DNA of 64,000 nucleotides from the NCBI RefSeq assembly GCF_048593235.1, contig NC_133619.1:43042454-43106453 (forward strand), given 5' to 3'. Below, piece after piece: positions 38,993 to 52,100 of the stretch (its first letter is position 1; every line of letters begins with the position of its first letter). Source of the DNA: Sminthopsis crassicaudata. Lineage: Eukaryota. Made by a program: the position numbers and the translations under genes. Below the pieces are notes generated by a model. That model was not told the origin of the DNA. It did no database searches and saw only the letters and a program-made list of their open reading frames with translations.

Positions 38993-39789
38993 TCTTAAGG
39001 CACTATATAACTTTTGACTATTATTATTATCAATTAGTATTTATTAAGTACTTATTATGTACTTAATCAGATATAAATTATACATATGCAATTATGTAAA
39101 ATATTTCCACATTAGTCATTTGGTACAAGAAGACTTGAATAAAAAAAAAAAGAAAAAAGAAAGTGAAAAATAGAATGTTCAATCTATATTTAATCAATAT
39201 AATCTAGAGAAAGAAGGTACCTCTAGAGGTAGATAATATACTTCATCATTAATTTTTTGAGATTGTCTTGGATTATTGTATTGCTGAGAATAGTTAAATA
39301 GTTGACAATTTTTCATTGAACAATATTGCTGTTTTCCTGGTTCTGTTCACTTCACTATGCATCAGTTCATGTAAGTCCAAGTTTTTCTGAAATCATCTTT
39401 TAGCACAATAATATCCCATTTCAACCATATATCACGGCTTGTTTAGCCATTGACTAATTGGCAGACATTTCTTTGATGTCCAATTCTTAATTACCACAAA
39501 AAAAGCTAATCTTAATTTTTTGGGGTACAAATAACTTCTTTTCCCTTTTTGGAGGATGTCTTTGGGATATACATCTAATAGTGGCATTGCTGGATCAAAG
39601 TAAAGACAAGTCTAAAAATTTAGCCTGATATTTAAGGCCTTCTTCATTCTAACTCCAGTCTTCATTTTTAATAGAAGAAAATATATTTAAGTATTTACAA
39701 TGTGCCAAGCACTGTGCCATGCCTTTGAGCATAGTTCCAAACGGCCCTCCAGAATGGTTGGTTCATGAACTGGCAACCTTGAGCGGATA

Positions 39790-39957
39790 ATTGTGCAACA
39801 TTCTAGTTGGGTTATACAGCATTCCATTTGGCCAATAAGCATTAAATAAATCTTAATGAGACCTGCATCTGTGTGAATGAAGACGGGAGGTGATCTTACA
39901 CAATTTGACTGTATGTAAATGGATCCCAGGAAAGCAAAGAAGTTCTGACTTATAAAA
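39790..39957 (+). promoter_or_regulatory. Candidate TATA-containing promoter of the ceruloplasmin-like gene
   Basis: TATAAAA 39951-39957, 58 nt before the ATG; CCAAT 39832-39836; C/EBP-like ATTGTGCAAC 39790-39799 and CTTACACAAT 39895-39904; TCCCAG (reverse CTGGGA) 39924-39929. Confidence 0.55.
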
Positions 39958-40008
39958 GGAAGATGAGCAGGACTATGTTATTTATTTCTTAAGGCTCCAG
40001 TCTAGGAC

Positions 40009-40166
40009 ATGACAGGACTTTTGCTGTATACCTTTTTGTTGATTTTTGCCAATTTTCCAAGCTGGGCAAAAGAAAGACATTATTATGTTGGCATTAGGGA
40101 AGGGACCTGGAACTATGCTCCCACTGGCAAAAATATAGTCAATGGAAAAAAGATTTCGGAGGACAA
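40009..40166 (+). CDS. Ceruloplasmin-like exon 1 (signal peptide plus start of domain 1)
   Basis: [20 protein letters not shown]|[32 protein letters not shown]; donor GTAAGT at 40167, phase 2. It is under 60 aa, so it is absent from the ORF track. Confidence 0.92.
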
Positions 40167-43100
40167 GTAAGTAGTGTTCAAACTTTTCTTGAAAATGTTA
40201 GTGTCCATATAATGAGCTGATAGGTAATTATTAATGGATAATATACTGATAATGACTTTCTTTGGATTAACTCTTTAAGAATAAATTCATTGTCAGGAAT
40301 GGACAAATATAAATATGTTTGCATAGAATATATGCATGCACACATACATGTACTTATACAGAACAAATTTAACATGCAAGAACATTTCTGCTTTCATTTC
40401 TTTAGGAATCTTAGTATAGCAAAAAGAGCATTGATGCTGGAATCAAAGAATCTGATTTCAAATCCTTCCTTTGACAACTTATTATTACCCCTGTGACTAT
40501 GAACAAATCACTTTCCTTTACTGGACCTCAGTTTCTCCTTTAAACTGAAAGTTTTAAGCTTTAAAAACTTAAAAATATACTATTATTTCCTGGGATATCC
40601 TGTATATTATTTTGAGAAGAAGTTTGTCATCTTTATCAGACAGTTAAAGGGTCCATGAAAGAGAAAAGGTTAAGAAGACCTGCTTTAGTATAGTCTCAGT
40701 GATATCTACTCAGGTACTTAAGTTGTCCTTTTAAACAGATGCTACAATTCTGTGTTTTGATGAATATTGTCAGTGTGTAATTTTTAATCTCTTCCAGCCC
40801 TGAATTTATGATCCATAGTAATTAATTAAATGACTAAAGAATACTGAAAGTGCTATACAATTTCATGACATGGCTCAATACAAAGCTTAGGGGAGGTTTT
40901 TACAACTAAAATGCTGTATGAATTGATTACATGATACCTCATAGTAAAATAAGCTAGCTGAGACTCTCCTAGTTTTTTCTTTTCCCCCCAACTCATTTCA
41001 TCTTATTCTTTTTAAGTTTGGCATTTTGCTAGTTAAACTTTCTTTTCTCCTTTAAATCCCATTTAAGCTATAAATCTCCTGATTTCCAATTCCAACCAAC
41101 TTGAACATTTTCTTTCCAATTAATTGGTAGTCAATTTATCTAAATATTCAATAACAATGTTTCAGAGTTGTCTTTTTATTTCTCCAGAGAGCTTCGTTCC
41201 TTTATTTATCTACAAAGAGATGCTCACAGGATAGGATCAACTTATAAGAAAGCCATGTATGTTCAGTATACGGATGAAAGTTTTCAAAAAGAAGTGAAAA
41301 AACCCTCATGGCTGGGGTTTTTGGGTCCTATCATGAAAGGAGAAGTTGGGGATGTATTGGTAATTCATATGAAAAATTTTGCCTCAAGACCCTTCAGTAT
41401 GCATCCCCATGGAGCAACCTATACCAAGGAAAATGAAGGTACAATGCATTTCCTTCCAAGACTGAATATAATTTAAAAAACTACAACTGTTTCAATATAT
41501 TAAAAGCTGTGAAAATCTTTCACTTTCCAACCACAATTTTATTTTAAAGGAAAGAATTGAAATAGAGTATTTGTTTGGCCATTGAATGAAATATTCCACA
41601 ATTTTATGATGTGATTTAGCAAAAAAAATGAACTAGGCATTTATGGACAGCACTAAACATAATGCTGAGGAAAGGTGATTATAGATTATCCATAATGATG
41701 AATCCTTTTCTTTGACGTTTACTCTCTAGATGGTCTCCTTTCAATTTCTTATCTTACTTGAAAAGATATGTGAGATTATTGACAAGGAAAACATCATTTT
41801 CTTCACTTATAGAAAGCCAGGCCTAAAAAGAGAAAGGAGGGATACTCCGAGGTCTCAGTCAAAAATATTTTAGCATTATTATGGATAGAGTGAGCTTTTC
41901 TTCTTTAAAAAAAATTTCCTAAGAGAGTTTATAGATGAATGCGGGAGAAAGCAACATTTTCTTGGTTTATTGCTTCTCTAGACTTTTATGGCTAAATTTG
42001 ACAGACTAGACTAGAATGAAAAAAAGCAGAAATCAGAACAAACAAATAAGTCTTTATGCAGTTAGGGGAAAAAGTTTAAAAGAAAAAAAAGAAAGTAATA
42101 GGGAGACATGGCAACTATTTGATTAAGTTAAGTGGCAGGATCAGATATATGCTGAAGGCATGTAATTTGAGCAGCAAATGGGTTTGAGAGTGAATAGATT
42201 TGCTGCACTTGAGTTTCAAATAAACTTTTAACCAAAGTTCTCTGCCTTGAAATCCAGGACTTTGAGATGTTATGATTGGTTTTCCTTATCTACCCTAAAA
42301 GACAAGGATAACGTGAAAGGTAGTATGATATATTGGGATACTGGGCTAAGAGTCAGGAGACTAAACTCTATATTTTGTATACCAAAGCTGTGTGGTCTTG
42401 GATGCTGACCTTTTCTGAGGCTCAGTTTTCTCATCTGTAAGGTGGGGATACTAATATTTGCACTATCTACTACATACGTTGTAAGAATTGAATGAGAATG
42501 CATAAAAAGAACCTTGCAAATCTTAGATGTCAACTTTATTTATATTATTTTTAATTATGCCAATAATATGAATATCAGCTCTTATTATGAGGATGTAATT
42601 CTAGAAAACACCAGTCACAGGATCTCCCTTCAACAACCCCTGTAGATAAGACTAAGGGATTCTCCAAAATGTTAAGTGGTCTATCCATAACTAGCAAGTG
42701 GTAGAAATAGAACCACAGGGAAGGCAGCTCCTTATATTTTTATACCCTTCACAACTCCCAGATGCAACTACACTGGCTTATTTGTAGTTCTTCAAACACC
42801 ATGTGCCCCCAGAATGTCTTTGCATGTTTCCCCTAATGCCTAGAATACTCTTCCCCCCCTCACCTCTGCATTTTAGTTTCCCTAGCTTCCTTCAAAAATT
42901 AGTTCAAATTCCACCTTCTGCAAGAGGTCTTCCTCAATCCCCTTCCCTCTTAATGCCTTCCTTTTTCAGATTTTGTCTCATATGCTCTCTTTAGAATTTG
43001 TACATACTTGGCCATTTTTATAATGTCTACTGAGGTCATTGAAAGTAAGGACTTTTGTTTGTAGTTGTTGTCTTGCTTTCTTTGAATCGCTATGAGCACT

Positions 43101-46100
43101 TCATAAATGATGAATGCTTAATAAATGCTTGCTGGCCAACTGACTTTTATTGATAGATTGAATGTCTGTCCAGAGAAAATCTATAGAATGAGATATAAAT
43201 TGGGATGTTGTGCATGAAAAAAATATGTCTGTTAGCTAGAACATAGACTGAATGAATGTTTTATAATTTAGAAAGGCAGGCTATAGCCCAAGTGAGAAGC
43301 TGAGGAGTTTGTGTCTGTCTATTCTGGAGGGAAGATGTAATTAGCTAAGCTAATATTTCTATTTATATATTTCCATATACATAAATATACATTACATATA
43401 TTTATGGCTTATATTTATATATAAAATATAACAAACTAAAAATTATCTTGAGTAGGTGAAACTGAGAAGGGGCAGTTAGGCCGATAGAAGGAGAATCAAG
43501 AGAAAGCAGGAAGCTAAAAACTTAAAGCAGAATGCTAAAAACTTAAAGCAGAAAGAGTATGCTGAAAAGAAAGATAATCAATAGTATCAGATGCTGCAGA
43601 GTGGACAAACAGAAACAGAACTGAAAAAGGTCATTATAATCGGCAATTAAAATATTATCAGTAACTTTAAAGATCATTTCAGTTGCATGATGAGGNNNNN
43701 NNNNNNNNNNNNNNNNNNNNNNNNNNNNNNNNNNNNNNNNNNNNNNNNNNNNNNNNNNNNNNNNNNNNNNNNNNNNNNNNNNNNNNNNNNNNNNNNNNNN
43801 NNNNNNNNNNNNNNNNNNNNNNNNNNNNNNNNNNNNNNNNNNNNNNNNNNNNNNNNNNNNNNNNNNNNNNNNNNNNNNNNNNNNNNNNNNNNNNNNNNNN
43901 NNNNNNNNNNNNNNNNNNNNNNNNNNNNNNNNNNNNNCAGAGGCAATTTGCTTGAGAAGTAGAGAATAATTTGGACCAAGGATCCACATAAAGGGGTTTG
44001 CCTTGGCAAGGAGAAGTGCTACCATTTTATATAAGATCAAAGTGAAGGAGGAGAGAAGTCAGGGAAATCTCCTGAACCACGTCCTCTTCTCTTCTTGGAA
44101 TGTCTACTCAGTTCAAGTGCCACCTCCTGCAGGAGGCCATTCATCTTTTGTATTTATTTTGGGTATATTTTTGGCTTGTATTTTGATATTTCCTTTAAGA
44201 GAATGTAAGTTTTTTGAGAGTGAAGACTGTTAAATTTTTCCAGCACCTGGCCACATGCTCCATGTAGTAGGAACTTCATAAATGCCTTTTCATTAATTAT
44301 GTGACCTTTGCCACCTCTATGGCATCACCTCACTGAACTTCATTTTTCTCCTTTCTAAAAAAATAAAAAAGCTGAACTAGATGGCCTCTAAGGCGGCTTC
44401 CAGCTCAGAGCATTTCAGAGCAATCATGAAAGCAAAATACATCATAAAAGTTATTTTTCCTCAATAAGGCTAAATTAGTCTCTGTCACGGTTCAGTAGAG
44501 AAAGCTTGATTCTCCTTCAAATGTGAACTTTCAATGAATGCTGTTCCTTGGGTGTCTTCCTAGGTGCTCTGTATCCTGACAACACCTTGGGATTACAGAA
44601 GAAAGATGATGGAGTGAAACCTGGCCAGAACTATACTTACTATTGGTCCATAACCCCAGAGCAAGGGCCTGCGGATGGGGACCACAATTGTGTGACTAGA
44701 ATTTATCACTCACATTTCGATACTGTGAAGGATGTGGCTTCGGGGCTTGTGGGACCCCTGATAACTTGTAAGAAAGGTAAGCCATTCTCTTAAAGTCTCA
44801 AGTGATAAAAATATGGTCCAGTGACATATAAGTTGAGATAGGAGGGAAGCATGAGTTGAATACAGAACAAAAGATTTTTTGAAGTGGAGAAAAGGAAAAA
44901 TGGGCAACCTATTCTGAATAGTTGGGAATTTCTTGTTAAATTAGGAAGTGAAGTAATTTGCCCAGAACAAGGAAGCATTGGTTCATATTTGGACCTCTGT
45001 GACTTTGTGCCTTTTGCCTTATTCCTCGATTTCTGTGGTCCAATCAGAGGTCTTTAAAATCAAATGATGGAGAATTTTCATCAGAGGAGATATGTCAAAT
45101 AAATAAAGAAGCAAGAGTTTCTCGAGTATTCATAAGAGCAGAATTTATGGGACTGAACATAAAATCCAAATGAGGCAGGGTGTAAACTGTAGTAAAAGCA
45201 TGGATTGGGACATCCATTGGGACTTCCAATGGGATAGCAATGATAAAGAGGAATAGCTTGAGTAGTTGTGAAAGAATGGAAATGTTTGNNNNNNNNNNNN
45301 NNNNNNNNNNNNNNNNNNNNNNNNNNNNNNNNNNNNNNNNNNNNNNNNNNNNNNNNNNNNNNNNNNNNNNNNNNNNNNNNNNNNNNNNNNNNNNNNNNNN
45401 NNNNNNNNNNNNNNNNNNNNNNNNNNNNNNNNNNNNNNNNNNNNNNNNNNNNNNNNNNNNNNNNNNNNNNNNNNNNNNNNACATAAAACATATTTTTAAT
45501 AGAAGAGGTGTCAAAGAGAGTATGCTTGGAATGAAATAACAAAGCTTCAGATTTTAAAGGAATTAATAAGGACTCCCAAGTAGCAGCTGATCAAGAGAGG
45601 AAATGAGCATGACTTTTATAAGTATAATATTTGAAAGAATGATTTTCTTAAGTGGAATATATCCGAATAAAGACATGTAATTCCAAAGCTTCCTATTGCA
45701 CTTTTCAGTTTGCCACAACTGCAATTTAAAATGAATTTAATTTAAAAAATAGGGAACTACATTATATTAATGCTAAACAGAAAATGAAATAATTTATTAT
45801 CTTTTATTACAGGGTCCCTGAATGGGGATGTTGAAAAAGGTATTGATCACTCGTTTGTTGTGATGTTTAGTGAAATAAATGAAAACGACAGCTGGTACCT
45901 GGATGAAAATATCAATACCTACTGTTATGAACCTGACAAGGTTGATAAAACTGATCTAGAATTCATAGAGAGCAACAGAATGCATTGTAAGTGAAGTGCC
46001 ATTGACATTGCCCATCTACTTTCTCAAATCTGAAAGCCAGAACCCTAAAGATTGTATCTTTCTTTACTCCTGCTCTCTCCAACATCAGTGTGGAAAAGTC

Positions 46101-49100
46101 CATAGCAAATGGACTTTGAGGCTTGAGTTTCACTAGAAAGAAGCAAAGTTTTCATACACCATAGATTTAGAGCTAGATTGTAAAAACCAGATAGTCTAAT
46201 TCCATAATTTTTCAGATGAAAAAACCAAGTCCCTGAGAACTTGAGTGAATTAGAAAGGATCCCACAGATAGTGCATGAGAGAGGGAAGGATTTTCATTTT
46301 TGGTTGGTTTGGTAATGTCAATGACTAATTTCCCTTTGGCTACACATACAATTAAAAAACATCCATCAAAAAAAGGCACAAGCGATTGATACATAAAACC
46401 GAGCACTCACTAATTAATGCCAAAAGCATCCAATAAATATTTTGTAACAGATAAAATGAGACACACAAAATCCTCCTTATGTGGAGTGTTTTTCCCTAGT
46501 GACAGTAAAGCTATTTAAAAATCTAAGAAGTCAAGCAAAATCTCAACCAGGGAGTTCAAATTCCAGTCTCCTGTGTGACTTAAGACGAATATTTCAGTCT
46601 TCCCTGGTCTACTGTTCTTCTTTTCCTCCTACCCAGACAACCTGAATTCTCACCTAGTAATCCTAACATCTTTCTTCTCCCCAACTCATCCCTTCATATT
46701 TTTCTTCCCACTCTCAATTTCTGTCTTCTTAATCCTCCTTATATTTTTCCCCTTCCCTTATCCTCTTCCATCTTCTTGGGTTTTCCCCTTCAATGTCTGT
46801 GGGTCTTACTTTTTCTTGGAACCCTAATTTGGGAAGAGCAGAAACTGGAGCCCTAGGTCTATCCTGGGTTACGCTGGTGAAAATTAAGTGTGTTTTGCTC
46901 TGGGTAGTCCTAATTCCATCCCCTTCACATACCACCACTTGTATGTCCCACCCATCCTCTTCCTCTCTCTCCATGATTCCTGGGTGATATTTACCATAAT
47001 AATATATATGGATGTTTTTATTTTCCCCCATAGCAATGAATGGATTCATGTTTGGAAACATGCCAGGAATCACCATGTGCATGGAGGACAAAGTGAAATG
47101 GTATTTTTTTGGAATGGGTGATGTGATTGATAAACACTCCATCTTTCTTCATGGTCAGTCTTTGATCTATTTGGGTCACCGAATAGATACTCTGAGCCTT
47201 TTCTCTGCTTCAATGGTTGATGTCCTTATGGTGGCAAAATCTGTTGGAGAATGGATGCTTAGCTGTCAAATTAACAAGCATGTGGATGGTAAGAAGTTAC
47301 TACCTTATCAAAAATTATAAATATAGCATTTATCAACTAAAACAAACACTCAACATTTCATACAAAAACTTTTAAAAATTGTATACAGAACTGTAAATTT
47401 CTTTTACTGAAGATATGTATATATACACATGTATATATACATACAGAAACATATGTGCATTTGTATGCATATAGATACACACAGAGCTAGATTCCAATTA
47501 TTGCCAATAATGAATTCTGTGAAATGGTATTCTAATTTTTACAATTCAAAGTTATAATTATGTAAAAAGACTTGGTTCCAGCTAATGGAAAAATGATACA
47601 GGAATTTTAAAAATTGACCACCTCCTAGGATTTGTAATCTGTATTAATTGGGATCTAGCTGCATGACTTCAAAAAACACCTTGTCTGTTTCTGTGTCTTT
47701 GTCATTTTTTTCTTCTGGATATTTCTCTGGATTTTGTTGCTTATGATTCCTATGATTTCATTGTGCTCATATTTTACAGAAATTTTAGATAGAAAATGTC
47801 CAAGAACAAGCTGCCATTGGGTCATTCTTTTTTTTATATTGAATGTTTTTAGGTTATTGCTTTAATTTTTGTTCAGTCATGTCCAGCTTTTCATGATCCT
47901 GTGGGCCAATTGTCCATGGGTTTTCTTGGCAAATATCCTGGGATGTTTTGCCATCTCTCCTTTGATTTTAGGCAGGAATTAAGTGATTTGTCCAAGATCA
48001 CACAGCTAGTAAATGTCTGAGATCAGTTCCTGTAGGCTCACAGGAAGTATCTTTAAGATTAATATGTGAAAGACATGATACATATGTTTTTGTTTCCATA
48101 TATTTCTTCATCTAGATGCACATGCTTTCAAAGTTTTTCATATTCATTTGCAGGCTAGTAGTATTTTGTATGGAGACATCTATGTAGATAGTTGTCGACA
48201 GTGTACATATTGTTTTAATTATATTTTCTTAACTCTATTTGTTGTTCAGTTATTAAGTCATTTTGGCTCTTTGTGACCCCATGGATGCCAGGACCTTCTA
48301 TTCTCCACTATCTCCCAAATCTATTCAAACTCATTTTCATGGCTTCCATGATGCCATCTATCAGTCTCATCCTCAGTCATCCCCTTTTCCTTTTTTCTTT
48401 TAATTTTTTCCAACATCAGTCTTTTTCAATGAATTCTATTTATTCATTATGTGGTTGAAGTATTTAAACTTCAACTTCAGTATTTTACTTTTAATTTAAA
48501 ATTTTTTTTAGTATTTGACTTTTTAAAGATAGTCTGAATTAATTTCTTTAAGCATTGACTGATTTCATCTCTTTGTTGTAAAAGGTTCTCTTAAAAGTCT
48601 TTCTCCAGTACCACTATTGGAAATGGATGATTCTGTAGTGCTCAGCTTCTCTTTAGAGTCCAACTCTCCCAGCCATACATTGTTACTGGAAAAACATAGC
48701 TTTGATTGTGGGAATCTTTGTCAGCAATATGATGTTTCTGCTTTTTAGTATGTTGTCCAGATTTGTCATAGCTCTCCTTCCAAGGAGTAAGCATTTTTAA
48801 TTTTATGGTTGTGGTTGCCATCTACAGTGAGTTTTCAATCCAAGAACATAAAATCTGACATTGCTTCCATTTTTTTCTTCTTCTACTTATTAAGAAATGA
48901 TGGGACTAGTGGCATGATATTTGTATGTGTGTGTGTTGTGAATATATGTGTATGTATGTATGTATGTAAATTCAAGCCAACTTTTACATTTTCCTTTTTC
49001 ACTTTTATGAAGATGTTTCTTAATTTTTCTTCATTTTCTGGCATCAGTTATTTCAAGTGCACATCTGAGATTGTTGATATTTTTCTTAGAAACCTTAATT

Positions 49101-52100
49101 TCAGCTTTTAATTTGTCCATGATGGCATTTTGCATGAAGTACTCTACATATAAGTTAACTGTGTTTGAACCAATCATGCTGAGTTCTAACAGTTGCTTCT
49201 TTAATTGTATACAGGTTTCTTAGGAGACAAATAAAATGGTCTGGTACTCCTATCTCTTTGAGAACTTTTCACATTTTATTGTGATACACACAGTTAAAGG
49301 TTTTAGAGTAGTCAACGAAACAAAACTAGTTGTCTTCCTGTAACTCCTTTGCTTTCTCCACAATCCAGCAAATGTTGACAATTTGGTCTCTAGTTTCTCT
49401 GCCTTTCTTAAAAAGTAGACTAAATTTCTGAAAATTCCCCATTCATATATTGCTGAAACCTAGCTTGCAGACTCTTTAAGCATAATTTTGTAGACATGTT
49501 AGATGAGAACAATTGCTTGCTAGTTTGAATGTTTTTGGAACTGTCCTTTAGGATTGGGGCATAAACTGCTCTTTTTCAATGCAATGGACACTGTTGAGTT
49601 TTCCAAATTTGCTGGCATATTGAAGGCAATATTATAACAACATCATCTTTTAAGGTTTTAAATAGCTCAGTTGTATTTCAGTCTCCTCCATTAGCCTTAT
49701 TGTTAGCAATGCTTCTTATGGCTCACTTGATTTCATTTTCCCGGATGTCTGGTTCTATATAATTTTCAGTAATATTAAGATTTTTTTCATACAATTCTTT
49801 TACATATTATTGTTACATATTTCTTAATTGCTTCTATTATATCACTACCATTTTTGTCTTTTATCTCATCCATATTTCCATAAAATGTTCCCTTGATATC
49901 TCTTTCTTGAAGAAATCTCTCATCTTTTCCATTCTATTATTTTCTTCTATTTCTCTGTATAGCTCATTTAAGAAAATTGTCTAATGTTTCCTTGTTATTA
50001 TCCAGAATGTTGCATTCATTTGAGTGTATCTTTCCCTTTCTCCTTTCTCTTTTGCTTTCTTTCTTTCCTCAGTTATTTGTAAAGCCCCACCAAGCAGCCA
50101 TTTTGCTTTCTCATTCTTTTTCTCTGTAATGTTTTTGTTGCTGCCTCATGTACAATATTCCAACTCTCTGTCCATCGTTCTTTGGGTACTCTACCAAATC
50201 CCTTAAATCTATCCACACTTCCCTTCATATTCATAAGGGATGTTATTTAGGTAATATACATATATGGTGTTATGGCTTTACCTAATTTCTTCAATTTGAG
50301 CCCAAATTTTGCAACAAGAAGCTTATGATCACAGTCAGGTCCAGGTCTTGTTTTTACTGACTATATGGAACGTCTCCACCATTGGCTGCAAAGGATATAA
50401 TTAAACTGACTTGGATATTGCCTATCTGGTGAAGTCTGTGTTTAGCCTTTTGAATTGTTGAAAAAAGAGTGATTGCTATGGCCAGTGAATTATCTTGACA
50501 AAGCTCTATTAGTTTTTTCTCTGCTTCATTTTGTACTTCAAGGTCAAACTTGCCTGTTTTTTGATTTCCTACTTTAGCATTCTGATCCCTCATGATGAAT
50601 GTAACAGGGTGCTACTTCTAGGAAATGTGTAGATCTTCATAGAATCAATCAACTTTGGCCTCTTAGTCTCAGTGGTTGGAATATAGACTCATTATTATGA
50701 TGTTGAATGGTATGTCTTGGATTCAAACAGATATCATTTGGTCCTTTTTGAGATTAAACCCCGATATTGCCTTTCTCATCCTTTTATTAACCTATGTGGG
50801 ATATTATTCCATTTCTTCTGAATGATTTTTGGCCAGAGGGGTATATCTAATAAGCAACTGAATTAAATTCACCTGTTTTCATCCATTTATATTCACTGAC
50901 ACCCAAGATGTCAATGTTTAATCTTTTCATCTCCTGTTTTATTGCATCCAATTTACATTGATTTATAGATCTTGCATTCTAAATCCTTATGCAATATTGA
51001 TCTTTACAGCTTCATTTTGTCACCAGATATATTCACAGATGAATTTCCTTTTGGCTTTCACCCAGCTGTTTCATGCTTTCTGGAGCTACTTGTAAATAAA
51101 TCTCCTGTGCATTTCCGCAGTATCATATTGGACATCATCTGATCTCAATGTCACATCTCTTTTATCATTTTAATACTATCCATGAGATATTCTTGAGAAA
51201 AGATACTGGCGTAATTTGCCATTTTCTCCCTTCAGTATATCATCTCTTCATTGTTACCTGTCCATCTTGTTTAACCCAGCATGGCCTATCTCATAGCTTC
51301 ATTGAGCTATGCAATCCCTTCCACCACAACAAGACAGTGATCTAGGTTCTTAACTCTTCCTATAAATCTTTCATATATCTTCATATTGTTCCTATTTGAT
51401 AGTTCTTATTAATCAATAATATTTTATTCCATCCATTTGCCAGGTTTTTTTTCAACCATTCTCTCAGTCATTGCTGGAAATGTAGATTATGTCCAATTTA
51501 AAAATTAATATAAATGATGCTGTGCTGTTTTCTTATTGTACAGATTTCTTTTTTTCCTCTGTTAATGTCAGCCATATGGAATATTGGTAGCAGGATCATC
51601 AGGGAATACTGTAAAATAGTTTTGTAGCTCATCATATGGTGCAATGTTGCCTTTCAAAAGATTACCCCAACTTGCATCTTATTCAATGTACATAATAACT
51701 TCTTTTGCTGCAGTCAGAAAAATAGTAATTTTATTATTTTAACCACCATGATAATTTGATAGGTAAAAGGTATTATCTGAAGAATTGTTTTAATTTGAGA
51801 TTATCTATTAAAGAGTTTGAACATTTTGCAGATGGTTATTGTTTAGGCTCCTTCTTTAGTGAATCATCTGTTCATATCTTTTCATCACTTACCTCTTGAA
51901 AAATGATTCTTCTTTTTATAAATATGAATCCATCTTATAAAAACACATACATATATGCATTTGTGTAAACATATGTATATATACACATATATGTGTATAC
52001 ACACATATACACACCATATTAAAATATATTTTTGTCAGAAGCATTTATGGTAAAATTTTCTCCTTGATTTGTTTCTTTACTTTTTTATTCTATATGTATT

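Noticed and set aside
43543-45542. Long ORFs containing X runs (also 4768-5217, 21661-21993, 32195-32784, 62374-62611)
   Set aside because: They are artefacts of N gaps and microsatellites.
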